From NCBI GenBank assembly GCA_000708835.1, contig DF237242.1:1-64000 (forward strand): a DNA stretch of 64,000 nt. The letters are read 5' to 3'. The notes below the pieces were generated by a model. It was not told the DNA's origin, made no database searches, and saw only the letters and a program-made list of their open reading frames with translations. This DNA is from Klebsormidium nitens (taxonomy: Eukaryota > Plantae > Klebsormidiophyceae). Positions 34,029 through 48,000 of the stretch are shown here, piece by piece. Positions within the stretch are counted from its first letter, which is position 1. Each line of letters opens with the position of its first letter. Both the position numbers and the translations under genes were made by a program.

Positions 34029-37000
34029 TCAAGTGAGCAGCTCCATGCCAGGAGTATTGGGCTTCCATGTGGATAACGCGCCTTCTACGAAGTCGTAATA
34101 CCACCCGTGCAGTTGCAGCCGCTTCGCATCGACCGCTTGTTTGACCCACGGGAAGGTCAGCAGATTCCTCAGCGAGTTGTTGACACTCTCCTGCAAGCAT
34201 ACCGTCCAAAGTGGTCTTATTGTCTCAATATAGTCAAGCATAAGACCTGTTCAAGCAGGTAAAGGTAAAGGCGCGTAAAGTTGAGGGTTTGCTTGACCCA
34301 CGTCAGGAAAATTAGCAGGTTTCTGAGCTAGTTTTCACGTTCACCTGCATGAAGAAGCCTTTTGGACTCGATCATTCGTCATGGCAGGGTTGGTCTTAAT
34401 AACGAACTGGTCATTCCAGATTGCAGTTGCGTCAGGCAGCCTCTCAGCCGTAGGTGCACCGTAGAGCGCTTTGCCAGAGCCCATGTTCCGATGAAATGCA
34501 TGCTGCTCACAAATAAAGTACTAGATTCATAATGTTTCTTCCCCTCAGAATCATGCCAAAATGCGAGTCTTCAAAGAAGGCGGTATAAGACACAAGCAGA
34601 TCCGGTGGCTAGTCTTGTACCTTACACGGAGACCCACGTTGAGAATCGGAGCCCCTTACAGGGAGCTAATATCAGAAAAACACCCCACGGTTGCTGAATT
34701 GCACCCTTCCTCGCAGCATCCCACGTCGGAAAACGAGACCCAAATGTGGGCAGTCTCCAAAAGGATCAGAAAGTTTTTTTCACTTCTTTTCTCCCCAGAG
34801 GTAATGCCATGATGGCGAGAGTCAAATCCTACGTACGGGCAGAAACACAAATTATAGATCTGAACCGCGAGTCCTCTGAATCTCCACGGAGCCCACGTGA
34901 TAAGTCCCGAGCCCCCAGGGACATCTCCGTTAATGCGAGTGTGACTACAAAAGTATGCTTCCTAAGCCAAGAAAGCCTTGCCTTTCTGCATGAGCGGTTC
35001 TTGGAAACCTCACCTTCTCGCAGAAGCGCAGCTGCGTTTGGAGGTCATGGTGTCCGCACTGCTCGAGCGTCTTGGTCTTGGCCGGGCGTGCGACGTCCAT
35101 CCAGTCCCCAATGAAGCTCTTAGAACCCCTGCATGGCGCGAAAGTATGTCTCTTCGATTTGGCAAGAGTAAGCTCTAGCAAAAGTAAGGTTTCAGACTAA
35201 CCTAACAACTCAAATCCATAAAATGACCCGCTCCGCACCCGTACCCACCGTAACCCCCAAACGAACCCCACCCGTCCCAGGCTTGTAAGCTTACTTTTGC
35301 TAAAGCCTACTTTTGCTAAATCGAGCTTCGTCGCGAAAGTGACCTGGCGTCTGTGTTACTGAGTCGGAGCGTGCGGATTCGCTTGCAGAATAGCTCCTTC
35401 TGGCTAGCAAGAACCACGGAAATCTCTGCGACTGCGTATTCCGTTAAGCCTCCGAAACTTTAAGCATGTTTTAACGCAATCAGCTTTTCGGCCCTCAAAG
35501 AAGCTGTACTTCTTATCCTGTATAGGGCCTGCCTTCGAAATGTCACAGAGAAAGTTGAGAGGCCGTAGAAGGTTTCTCCACATCTAGAGGTTTAGCAACA
35601 TTCGAAAAAGGCGCCAGTAAACGAGACAGGTGCTCAAGTTACGGAACGAAACGACTGGGCTCACGTGTCCGTCGTTTTGCCCCCCCGCTTTTGCGTCATA
35701 AGGGCCTGGATGCCTCCGCAAGCGCGATGCCCGTTCACGATGATGTGCTCCACCTGCGGCGAGACGAACAGATGCTCAAGGAGCCTGGTCTTGCGGCTGT
35801 TCAAAGATGACGTTACTGCCCACGTGGCTTTGGCGACAGAGCAGGACGCGGCTTCGGCTCCTCCGCGGCCGCAAAGCCGGATTCACGGGTTACTCTGGGA
35901 TTTTGGAATGCGAGTGCGAGAACATCAGTCTCTAGAGTAGGTATAGTAAGCTCAGATTATAGTAAACTGGGTAGGATTAGTATGGGGTTAAGTGGGTACG
36001 GGTGCAGAGCGGGTGATTGTTTGGCTTCAGGGTTTTAGGGTTATCTTCGTTCTTACTATAATTCGAGCTGCTGTAACTATGCTAGAGAAGCATTGCGAGA
36101 ATGGGTACGAGGCGTGCGAGCTCTGGGCTTAGTCATGGCTTTTGGTGCCCGTAATTGTCGAGGATTTGACTCACCGAAGAAAAGAGCGACCTGGGAAACG
36201 AACAATGCATTTGTCCATCTTCTCATCAGGGATGCCTGAAGCGCAATCCTATCGCTGAGCGTCGATATCCCTCCTCCTTTCAGACGTTTACCTACTATCA
36301 TTACCTTTTTGAAGCCAGAACTCTGACGGAGTCTTCACGTCTTCAGAAGATCTCGTTATTCGAATGTGACTCGAAGAACGCAATTTTGCACAGCACAGAC
36401 AGCTCCCCGAAGCAGATCCGAATCAGATCAATCTGCGTTCTAGTGGTTCTTACCTTTACATGCAAAACAGAGCAAGATCGCAGCGCTCTTACATTGTGCA
36501 ATCTCCCCGCCATTTCCGATTTGCTACAAAACCCAACATTGCGAAAACGAACAGCTGCTTGAGCAAATGCGACTCAGCTGGTCACGTTGCACTCTACTTC
36601 CTTCTTCTCATTTCGCTTCCTGAGCGAGCGCCCACGAATAAAATCACCCCCCCGAATGTGACTCAAAGTGGGGCCTTCTTTCCTTGAAATGCCTAACATG
36701 GGTTTTGAAGAATCTTACCTTCAGATGCAAAACAGCGTACTCGATCGCAGCGCATGTGCCTTCCCCGCCATTTCCATGGGGGGCACCAACTTCTTTTCAT
36801 TCGCGCGCACCAAGGAAAGCTCCTCGAGTGAACAAAAAGCTGATCATCTTACGTGACCATATCTCTTACCTTCAGATGCAGAACTGCGTACTCGATCGCA
36901 GCGCTAGTTCCGTAGCGCAATTCCCCCGCCATCTCAATGGGGGGCGCCTATTTCGCGCGCAACACGAAAAGCTCCCCGAAGCGGATCCAAATCAGATCAT

Positions 37001-39055
37001 ACTGCGTTCTAAGGTGTCTTACCTTCAGATGCAGAACTGCGTACTCGATCGCAGCGCTAGTTCCGTAGTGCAGCTTCCCCGCCACTTCCATGGGGGGCAC
37101 CAGGTTCGCAATGTTGCGAAGCACGAACAGCTCCCCCGGACGCGCCTTGGTGATGTACTCGGGAGTGACGCGAGAGTCGCAGCAAGCGATGAATAAAATC
37201 TGCGAAAATAACATCTTTTCTCATTATATTTCAGGTCAAAGAGTCACCTGTTTTGACTCTTTGATACCGTGATGCAGAGCCACGTGGCAGAACCTGCGTC
37301 CCCAGGACCGCCCGCAAAATTGTTGCAAAGATTCCAGATTAGAGGCGTGAAGCAAAGGGATCCCCTTCGAAAATCCTCCAGGTGCAAGGCAATAGCATCT
37401 TCTATCGACCTTAAAAGATAGACGACAAGCAGAGGATGCTCAAATCGAAAGCAAGACGATTCGTCTGTGGTAATCACTTCTTCATAGCTATTGAAGCGTT
37501 ATTGAAAGCTTTGCTAGGGCGGCTTGAAACGTGATAAAAAAAGAACTACCTTGGGTGATTGTCCAGTCTTGAGCGGCTCAACAAACTGAGGCTGCTTCCT
37601 GCACACATCAAGTTCGTCACATACGGGACGTCAGATTATCGATACGCAGTCGTCATTAAAGACACGCAAGAGTCCCCATGAAAGCCGCACGGTAGACACC
37701 AAAAACGGGCTCCTTTCTTCTTTCTTTGTGGGAATCATGTCCGAAGCAAGGCCGGCTGTTTAAGAGCCGCACACGAAAGTAGCTTCAACCCATAAAAATT
37801 ACACGCAGAGAAAATGCCCTGGCGAGACACTTTTCAAAGGAAGCTGGCATCCTTTCGAATGGATATATGTAATGGAAAATTAAAACCTCTTTCATTTCCG
37901 ATGAGGGATGCTCAGCAGAAGTGATTCTCTTTCGTGCGCATGGTCTGAAGAATCTTTGAACACGCACCGTGTTTGAGAGGTCTTGTTTACATCAGAAAGT
38001 AACGATACTCGAAGTTATCTACCGACAATTCTGCCGTGATTCTCAAGTCAAGGAGGAGCGGAAGAAGCCCTTCTTAAAGCAGACGACCACTCAAGACCTA
38101 AGACAGTTACCGTTTTCACTTCGGAAGAGCTGAAGCCACGTAAGAGACCTCTAAGATGGCAGCCTTACAGGTAATAGTTGATTTTGAAATCCAGGAAACG
38201 TTTCTTGAGATCGTCAACGGGGTTGGAATCCGCTTCATGCTTCCGCTCCGAGGGGCCGGAACCCGGGGTTGTTGTGGTTGTGAGCGGAAGATGGTCTAGG
38301 GGACCCCTTGGAGAGATACTGCAAGTAACACGGATCGAATGTGGGTTAAGACCGAACCTATTTTGCGTATGGACTCCCGTACGAATAAGCTGGTCGGCAC
38401 ATCCTATGAGCAATCGTGATCGACAACAGAATCTTCTGCTGACGTCATGTTACGGGTGAGTCAGTTAGTTGGTAAACCTAGTGGGGTCGACTGTGCAGCA
38501 TATTTAAAGTCAAGTCAAAAGGGTACAACAAAAGTACTCCTACGTACGGGCTCCATCTAGCAAAAAGCAGAGGGCTATCTAGGATGGATCAGGACGCACT
38601 CATACGTCCAAGTTCAAACGCAAGGCTTGAACTCGGAGACCATTACTAGAAAGGCATCCAAGAGTCGTCTTCGAGAGCGAGAGCACAGGATGGCAAACAT
38701 CTACCTTCTCAAGGTCGTTGCTCCATAGAATACTACACCAAGATTATTGACTTATATTAGGTATGCCAGTAGACCGAAAGAAGGGAGACGGGGAGGAGAC
38801 AAAGCTCAGAAAGTCACTGAGAGCTACATCAGATTGAGACTTGCGAACCCCGTTTCACAGCTCTCCGAAAAGTCGTGATGAGCCGTTTATCAATCGCAGG
38901 AAAGCTGAACGTACAAAGATGCCTGTACTGTGATTCAGTTTGGGTTCACTCACTTGTTGTCCGACTTTTCTGTGTCTAGGGAAAGCGTCATCTCTAGCTC
39001 GTCAGCCAGGGCCGCCAACTTTGCAGCCACGACACCTTTCAGCTCCGGTTTCCTT
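34029..39055 (-). CDS. Beta-carbonic anhydrase. Exons 39055-38954, 38318-38169, 37598-37550, 37199-37023, 35753-35665, 35128-35014, 34190-34029; 5' exons unresolved (upstream of 39055)
   Basis: ELKGVVAAKL, PVDDLKKRF, GQSPK|ILFIACCDSRV (Zn Cys + Asp/Arg dyad), PGELFVLRNIAN, SAAIEYAVLHLK|VEHIIVNGHRACGG (Zn His/Cys), FIGDW, CEK|ESVNNSL.NL.TFPWV, LHGWYYDF. Confidence 0.93.
35227..36013. repeat. Inverted pair of a short dispersed intronic repeat (35227-35281 and 35984-36013) flanking the beta-CA HxxC exon; third copy at 56936-56989
   Basis: cccgctccgcacccgtacccaccgtaacccc vs the reverse complement of ggggttaagtgggtacgggtgcagagcggg; gcgctccgcacccgcacgcacccaaacccccaaactaaccccacctgtcccc in an intron of the hydrolase gene. 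Confidence 0.75.
36299..37020 (-). repeat. Decaying tandem copies of the beta-CA exon 3' end + donor (..AIEYAVLHLK|GTAAG)
   Basis: Plus-strand cttaccttcagatgca-like units at 36865, 36714 and 36449 (weak trace near 36300) vs the real one at 37018. Unit is ~150 bp. Confidence 0.85.
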
Positions 39056-42000
39056 CTGCACAAAAGCGTCGAACAAACGCTAGTAAAGGATGATTGCGCA
39101 GCGCAGCAAAGTTGTATTCTAGCTTCTTGCATGTCGTAGTTTTAGAGCGTTTTAGAGGTTTCTTGAAGTTCTTTTCGCACCGCCGACTTTCTCTGCTCTC
39201 TAAGAAGACAATTCGCATACCAGAGATTCCGACAGCATAGAACTGCCCAACAGGCTTAGAGGTGCAAGGTTGAGCTCCTGTGCACTCTGAGATTCTGAAC
39301 AAACTCACATGACGTCACTATCCTGTTCAGCTAAAAACAAACTGGAACTTCCAACTTTCAACGATTCAAGCAGTAGGCTCCATGTAACTTTCGGAGATCT
39401 CAGCAAAAACCTTCAAAGTTGCACCGTTTCTGTCCAGAAACAACGCAACCGAATGGAACAGAATGGAACAGAGAGACCACAAGCTCAAAGACTCAAAGAC
39501 TCTTCGCTTGCCCGACTAGTGAGAGGAGCTTGAATTGCGCTTCGCCGATGGTGGCGACACCGCTGAGCCCAGCTACTTTACTTGGCCTCTCGTGCGTGTT
39601 CACACCGCTGGCCAGCAGGGATCCAGTAACATGGGCTGCCGCCATTCTGTTGTGTCAAAGCGCGGAACAAAAACGGCGCCAAAACTGTGCACTTGCTGAG
39701 CAGCTTCTCTTGAACTTTGGCGCAGAGTCTCTTGTGCTGCAAGCACTTCAATGCGTCGCCAGGGAAGTGAGGTGTTGAAGAGTCAACGCAAACAGCGGAC
39801 TCCTGGACTGACGTAATGGAGAAAACGATAGAGCTTCTAAGCTTCCAGACGAGCTGAGCCCTAGCTAGGACCGAAGCTATATATACGGCCTTTGAAGAGG
39901 CTGGCACTCAAGACGTGCCACTGCGGGAACGCCCAGCTTTCACCTGATTAGGACGTTGTACATGTTGAGGATGAAGTACTGAAAATACAGGTCTGATGCA
40001 AGCCGCAAAAGGCGGCATTATCCAAGGCGACATCGATCAGCGGCCAACGTTCATCCAACGCTAGAGCCAGCTAGTAGTAGTAGTATCAGCTCTCATTATC
40101 TCATTTATGACAGGCGCCAAACATCTCTTATATGAGAATATTCCGGTCAGCTGTTTCGTTTTGACCGCGGGGGATTGCTCAAGTGCCTTGAAGCATCATC
40201 ATGATGGCAGCGCAGGCGCGCGTGTCATGTGACCCGCCGAGTATGGCCGGATGATCCCCGAAGAGCCAGTCCGGGTTTCAGGGTTTTCAAAGCTCTTTAT
40301 CGATGCCGGCGCGCGCGCGCCTTTCTGAAATTACGGTCTACCGTACCTTCTAATTTGAACCGGGGCCGCCCTGGGCCGGGGCCGCCCTGAGTCAAGTTCC
40401 TGACCCTTATGCTTTTCGACGCCTGGGTGACGCCTTTTGCTGGATGTCTTACGACTCGGATCAACTTAGCCGCCGGATCAATACCAGAGGCTGAAACAAC
40501 GTGCGCGTGAAAATAGAACGGCAGGATGACGCGCGCTTCTGGCGCTTCGCAGATTCTACTTCCCTGTAAGCAGCAAGCTGCCCAACATATCTGATTGATT
40601 GCGCCCCTCCGCCAGTAGTACGCCCTCTAGTCTCGCGTGCTTGCAAGTGGCGACACGACAAGACTCCGAATTGGGTCGCAAGCCCGTCGCGAGTCGCCGC
40701 ACCCCGGAGGCGGGCCCGCCCGTTAATTGTGAGCAATATGGGCGCAGTTCAAAAGGGCAGCTGGCAGAATCTCTAGCAATCCGCTACCATCCTCTGGGAT
40801 CAGAATGCCGTACGACGCTGCTCTGAGTTGGCATCCGTGTTTCGGAAAGCAAGGAAGTTTGAGCGGAAAGTGCTCATCCAGCTTGTTGTCATCGCCAATA
40901 TGACGTCCCAGTGAGTTCTGCCACGTACGTTATTCGTCCAAGCCTGGAAGACTTTACTGCCCCGTCGCCCTTAAAATCACTAGCTGCCCAAGATAGACAC
41001 ATTGGTACCGCTTTTCCCATCAGTAAGTCGGATTTGATTTCTGTGATGGTTGATAGCGGACATCACACACGCAATCAAGTACAAGGATACTAAGGTAATA
41101 TAATCAGACTGGTCCTGATCGAGTGAGAGGATCGGGCGCCCTGATGATTAGCCTTGCGCTCGCACCTTTACCTTGTCAAGGCTTTTTTTTGGAAATGTTG
41201 CTCGAGCTAATCCGTCCCTCAAGTGTATGCTGCTCGAGCTCACTGCCACGTATCATCTGGAGTCCTCACTGAACGCCAATGGTTTAACCTTTGGCCTTGT
41301 ACTCCGAACTCAGAACGTATGCAACCCGGAGGTTCGGCGCTTCATGCCGTATCCATTCAAGGGTCCCGCTTTCGAGCGATGAATGGCAAAGCTGAGTGAT
41401 GCCAATACGATAAAAACTTCGAAAAGCTTCGGAAAGATGTCCGTACTGCTAAGCAGGACGCTTCAGAATTTGTACGAGTCGTATTTCAAATAACATGTGC
41501 GACGCATGATTGCAGTGGCAGCCGGGAAAAATCTTCAGGTACTCAAATATGCTCCCGCAAAAAGGCGTCAATTCGTGTCGTCGCAAAGGCCTTAGTGGGC
41601 GGAAGTTATAAGTTGCACTTCGCTCAACGTCCCAGCAGGTAGATTATTGCCGCCAAATTTATGCAAACCTGGAGAAGAATCCGAACAGGTTATACAGACT
41701 TCGGTGGACTTCAAACAGAGGAACAGATAGACGTCGAACGGATTGACAGCTAGACTTTGAACAGATGGAAGTGGCTCCCGAGATGCTCATCATGGAGGCC
41801 TTTGATCAGACCGCACACTGAGGCTGCCCGCGCACAAACACGACAGAGTGTTTCCAGGGCCTTTCAGAAACGGCCGGCTAACAGTTGAGCCAGGGAAAGC
41901 TCCGGGAAACGAGGCCGTTAAAAGATGGGCTCATGGCCTGTTGTAGTACGGTAGTTAAGCGTAGGGTAGTGTTGACCGCGGTTTGACCGTGTTGACCGGC

Positions 42001-45000
42001 TGACTTCGACGAAGTCTGGTCACGTGGGCCGCGCGCATTTGGGAACGGACGAGCAGACCAGACGTGCTTGATACTGTAGACGCTCATATCGACTTAGTCT
42101 GCTAGTTATAGTCTAGGTGACAAAGTAGCAGACCGCTAGACTGATTGCAGGACACAGGGCAGATTCGCAAGAGTATACGGAGGACAAAACCAACTTGTAA
42201 GATTCATTCACTTCCAATTCGCTTGCATCAACGCTGTTTCACGACATGGCCCGTGGCTTCGTGTCGTACGATGACGAGGAAGGCCCTTCGTCAGTCGCTA
42301 TGTCAGACCGCCTCAAGAGTCATGCGCCTCCAGGTCTCTTGTTAAAATGTGTACAACTGATGCAAGGCCCATCCGGATGAATACGTCTTTCCACCCCTGA
42401 TTTTGTGATAGATCGCTGACAATCAAGAACGTCTGAGGGGCAAATATCTTGTTGAAGCCAAGTTCGACTCTTGCTAACTAAGCCGGCGTCAGCTCTTGCA
42501 AGATTCTCAAGCTATGCTGTATAGTCTGTATTGGAGGCTGTTCCTTATTCTCTTGGATATAAACGGACTGCAAGCGAACAGGTGTCAGACCTGGGCCGCC
42601 GTTATTGTCACGGTCCAGTTCCACCTCTGGGCTTGAAGTGGCGTCAGGAAAACTGTATGCACAAGTCTGGGCGTCGGTCGAGTTGCACCTCGCCCACCAG
42701 ACTTTAAGTCCATCTTCAAGGCCACTGAAATTTCGAGAAAGAAGAAACGCGGAATCATTGAGTTTGGCGTCAGGAAGGGTGTGTGTTTGGAGCTTTGCGC
42801 AACACTTGCTTACATCACCAGCTACTCCCCTCCACATTCACTGCCTGCGCCGACGGTAACAGGTCGTGCCAAAGCACCACCACCGATATCGGAATTGTCC
42901 TCGACCCTATGTTGAAAAACCCTGCGACAATATGACAAACACATACATACGCAACCACGAATACCGTAGAAACGCCTGCTGCACGCCTTGAAACGCGCGG
43001 CCCTTGTTTACCCTCGCATATAACGCCCAGAAGTATCGCCTTTTAACGCATCCTTTCTCAAGTGTCCGAAAGCTCAGGAACTCAGACGCACGGCCGGAGG
43101 GGAGCTCCGCTGCCGGTCGCCACGAATAAATCCCCAACGCGATTGGCCGTTGTGATCCAGCATGAGCTGCACACGCGCAGTCGCGGCCGCGGCTCGGCAG
43201 GTGGGCGGCCGCGTCGGCCGGCGCCGCAGCTGCTGCCAATAGCAGCGCGCCGGGCCGGGCGTCGGTAAAGAAACCAATGCGGGGGCTGACTGACTGAGCG
43301 GACCGGTTCTCTCGTCCTGTGATACGAGAGACAAAAACAGAAATGGGTCTTGGCTTGGACGAGTTTTCACCTTTGTCAACGTTTAGACTGACTGAGCGGG
43401 ATCAAGGAGAAGTCTTAGTCAAATCTGGGACGCTGTTGGAACGAGTCACGTAGCGACAGTAAGTGCGAAACCCTGGCGTCTCTGTGTCAATCGACTAGAT
43501 CACAGCTGCAGTGATCGCGAAGGCCCCCCCTAAAAAGAACGATAAAAGCCCAAAACTTTCCAAATCATGAGTTCCGACAGGGTCCCCGGTCTTGATTCTA
43601 AGATTACCGAATCTCCTTGCCCCGCTCTGACTACAGGTTTTTGACCCCCGAGCACATCTAGCGTGACCGTATCCTCGCAAGCTCCAATGCGCGATCCCGT
43701 TGTGCTGAGTTTGGCTGCTTCCTGCCAGTTCGGATGAGAATAGGCGCCAGTGCATTTCTTGTTCTCCCGAGCAAGCCACCACTGGTAGTACCCAGTACTG
43801 AGAGGCTCTTCCACAAGGACACTCCCGGTCTCTAGAAGAAGAGCCCGGGTCTTGCGTTTGTTCATTCTGAAAGAGGGGGCAGACGAAGTTCTAACTAATC
43901 AGACGTGGGCTCCCGGAACAGGCTTTACATCCCCCCGGTAGACGATTGATCGCCATATCCAGAACGGATTTGATCTCGTTTAGAAAGAAGGTATTCTCTG
44001 CCCTAGTGACGCGGGTATCTTTACGAAGCACAAGGAGACCCGCGGGCAGCCTGCAGAACAGACTTCCAGATTTTCTTGGTATTGAGGACCCGAGATGGCA
44101 ATTGGCAGCGTCACAAAAGCTCTTTGGCCTCGACGGGAGTCAGGAAGACAAACTTCAAGAAGCTTGAAAGAGTTTCTAGGCGTAAGTCGCGTTACTAATC
44201 GAACCGCGTCCAGCAGGTATGAGCTTCACCTTCGCGGCCAAAACCTGTTTTGTAGAGGGACACAAGCCAAAAGCAGCGGGTTTGGCATCAGGATCTGGCA
44301 ACCGTGCCTGCGCGATATTGGCCCAGCGCGTCATCATCGCCGCCCAGCTTGCATGAAAACGTATAAATATCTGACGTGAACTGCTCATCAAAAAGCGGCG
44401 TGTTACACTTCGTCCTTGAAATGCGCGAGTGACACGCTGGTTCACGCAAATACAAACTCACAAACATCTCATTTCACGAGTCAAGCACTACAACCGGTCC
44501 GCGTTGGGTCGGGGAAGAAAAAGAGCACTTTTACTGCTGTCAACATATATGCCTCATGCGACCACCTCGCATGCTGGACGATATGCATAGTATAAACGCC
44601 AAATGGATCCAGAGGTTCGTTCTCAAAGAAGAGGACCGGCCAGTAGGTGACTACTGCCAGCGCTCAAAATCTAAAGTTGTTCAAAACTGAGAAAAGGTCT
44701 CGCAAAACCCAGTAATATATATGTTAGCGTTTCAAGCCTCCAAGGCCAATAACGTACTCCAAATCCTTGCCGTGGTTGAGAGGCCTTTCGAAGGCATCTC
44801 AGACTGAACAGTGCCGTCGTGTCATGAGCGGGAACGCTCAGCCAACATGGATCATTGCCAACCCTCAGTCTCTATTGAATCTGCCCTTTTTGGAAGCTCC
44901 TTGCAATCAATGAGGTCCTCGTTCTCATTGCATACAACGACCAGCCCGCTTAGTGGTTCATCTCAGCATCCAAATCAGCGGCAATGGTGCGGGTTGTAAG

Positions 45001-48000
45001 GCAGAATACTGATATGATACGGAGGTCGATCATTTTAAAGCACGAAGTGCTGAAGGGAAAGCTTTGGACGGTCCAGTATTATTTGGACAATTGTAGAAAG
45101 AGTTCTGGGTGCCAAATCCAAAGAAGGGTACGCAAACTTGTCAGCCGTGAGGCTGCGCTGACGTTACCAGACCGACTACAGAACGCGCGGCGCGCTCGCG
45201 TACGTCAATTCCGAAGTGGGTGCCCAAAGCCTATACACGGTTGGCTGAGATCGACTCCTCCGAGGGACAACCAAAACGCCCAGATTGGATCCGAATGACA
45301 GTCGGGCTCATGTCCTGTGGCTAGATTTGCAGATCTGTGGGTGCATGAGACCGTTAGATCCGACACGGGACACTATGCAAGCAACAGGCCGACTTGAGCT
45401 ACGCTCCAGGGTCGTACTTTCTTTCTTTTGTAGATTTAAGAAGCACTTGCCAACGACTCAGAGCGCGCTTATCAAAGTTCGCAAATAGTCCAAGGGGGAA
45501 GAGAAGTCTCGGAAAGGTTCCCAAAAATGGTCTTGAAGCTCGGTTCCCCTGAAGGCCGATCGATGTTTACAATCTAGAAGATGACTGGACCCGACATGAT
45601 GATAAAATTCTCAATCTCTTCAGTGGCGTCAGAATCGAGACTACCTATCCTTGCCTCAGATTGGAGGCTCAGATTTGGGGCATACGCTATTGCACCGCAC
45701 CCAAGCAAACGGCAAATTCATTTTCACAGCCACAAAAACGCTTCACAGCCACAGAAAAGGGAAAGAGAAACGCGAAGGGAGCATAAGGATTAAGGCCTGT
45801 TCGCAAGGGAACTTGACAGCGGTTCTGACGACTTGGAGCCATTTCCTTTTAGTTCAGCGAAACGGCTTCAAGGCGGGGCGTGGCTCGCGTTCGTCCGCCA
45901 CTCTTTGGGAACGAGAAGCATTAATCCGACCCCGTGTCGCATTTGCGGCCTCCGTCTTGAAGCGTCCTGTGTTTGCCGTTACACTTTGACGGCACCGACG
46001 TGACTGGCTTTGTGAGTGGCGACTGCTATAAGGGTGCGGGCAGAGTGTTGGGCAAGCAATCAAAAACCTAGTGGGAGACGTCCCGCGACACTGCTTTGAG
46101 CTGGCATCTATGATCATACCAAGGACGACCCTGAGCAGAAAGAACTCGTGCGTCCCATCCTTCATGGCTAACCTGACTTTTTGTTTTGCGGCGATGCCAG
46201 CGGAAGTCTTCCTAACGGAGTCAAAAGGTTCTGTACCGACCTCACACGCCATCTCAAATACTAAACGTACAAGGAAAGATAGAAGCAAGGCTTGCTGTGA
46301 GACACTCAATATGATGATTCTAAAACGCGCTTCGACTTTAATTTACTTGCTACGTCTGCCGTTGAATTTGACCTTGATTATCGAACAGCCGGCCGGCCAT
46401 GAAAACTGCCGTTGCTGCAAAGCATTACGGAGTCCGCGCGAGACAATCAATCATGGTTCATTACTACTGATCTCCCAATCAATTTCAAGATCCATTCGAC
46501 CCCGGATTGTCAGCGCAACTTGGATCTCCAAAGGATTATCCTACCGTCGACAATCAGAGCTGTTTATTGCTCAGGAACAAACTAGTAAGCACGATGAGCG
46601 CCGACAAGGCAACACACCGGTGAACTTGAAGATCCCGTTAAGACAACAGCGCAGAAACAGCTTATAGATCGAGACGGAGAATCAGCCGAGAACATTTCGC
46701 AGCCTCGAACGATTTTGCCCAGCGGGCCGGCGTCACACCTATTTGTTTTACAAGGGCATTTGCAGTGGGCGGAAGTTGAAACGGGCACCGCTCAATAGCC
46801 CAATAGCCCAGTAGCGCATCAATCCTTGCCAGGTTGCGGAATCGGACCGCAAAGAAGACGTGAACAGTAGTCTTTCATAAATTCCGCACTGTGTCAAAGT
46901 ACTTTAGAACGCTGCTCGCGACGTTCAGAAGAATCTGAGCTGGCTGGCGATCACTCAGATGGGCTATACGAAAAGCTAGAATGAGCCAGAAGTTCTCGGC
47001 CCATATAATCGATCATCGCCAGCCGTCCTCGAAACTTCTGCTCCGTGTTGGTCGAGCTCAAGCCCACCGGGCCCTCGACGATGAATCGGTAACCAGACGT
47101 TGCGGTTCGGACTCCTAGCGGTAGTGGCACCGGTTCCTGGCAAACAACATGAGACATTGGATTCACAACGAGAAGTGAAAAGCCATTTTCATTAGGCTCC
47201 GGTCCGTTCGCAATCAATCTGAAACACAACTGCTAACGAACCTCAGATGCAGACAGACGCAAGTGTCACACAAATGCTCATCAACGAGCACTCAATAACC
47301 ATAACGACAACTTAGGCCAGTGCGCGCGGCCCGCTCGCGTACAGTCCTGAACTTCGTGTTAGTTCCTTGGATTTGCAGGGCCGACTAAACAGGACGGAAC
47401 AAATCTTGTCTTGAAATGGCGAGATAGGGGCCGACTAACATGCACGGTTCTTGTCCTGTGGCATCGAAGGATCATGAGTGCTGCAAGAGACCGGCCCGTT
47501 GATATTGACGGTCAACCGGTACCAGCCAAGCCAGGTCAACCGTTCATGGTTTGCTCGTTGAGATACGGTGTTTGTCGGAACGGTGGAGACAACTGACAAC
47601 AAGGATGAAGCTAGACCTGCTGCGGGTTGCGAGATCGACGAACTAGTGGGCGATTGAAAACGAGAACCTACTTTTGGAGCTTCTTGCCAGCTTGGAGCGA
47701 CGTGCAGAACACCAAGCGGAAAGTTCTAGGCGGAAGTCCAGCTGTATACGGCAGATGATAAGTTCGTGTTCACGCCGCGAAAGTTCGAGGGACGAGACGC
47801 GGAGTGAGTGCTTGAGTGCATGCGTGCCTGGTAGTTAATTGATTGAGTGAACGAGTTCTGGCATTTGGAGTGGATGTTTGAGCTCTTGGACTCTGCGCGA
47901 TACTCAGGCTCGCTCATGGATAGTCCTGTCCATCATTGCCAGGTCTCTTGAAACGCCACCATTAAGACCGATTCTGTAGTCTCCTCCTATAGGCCTGTTC

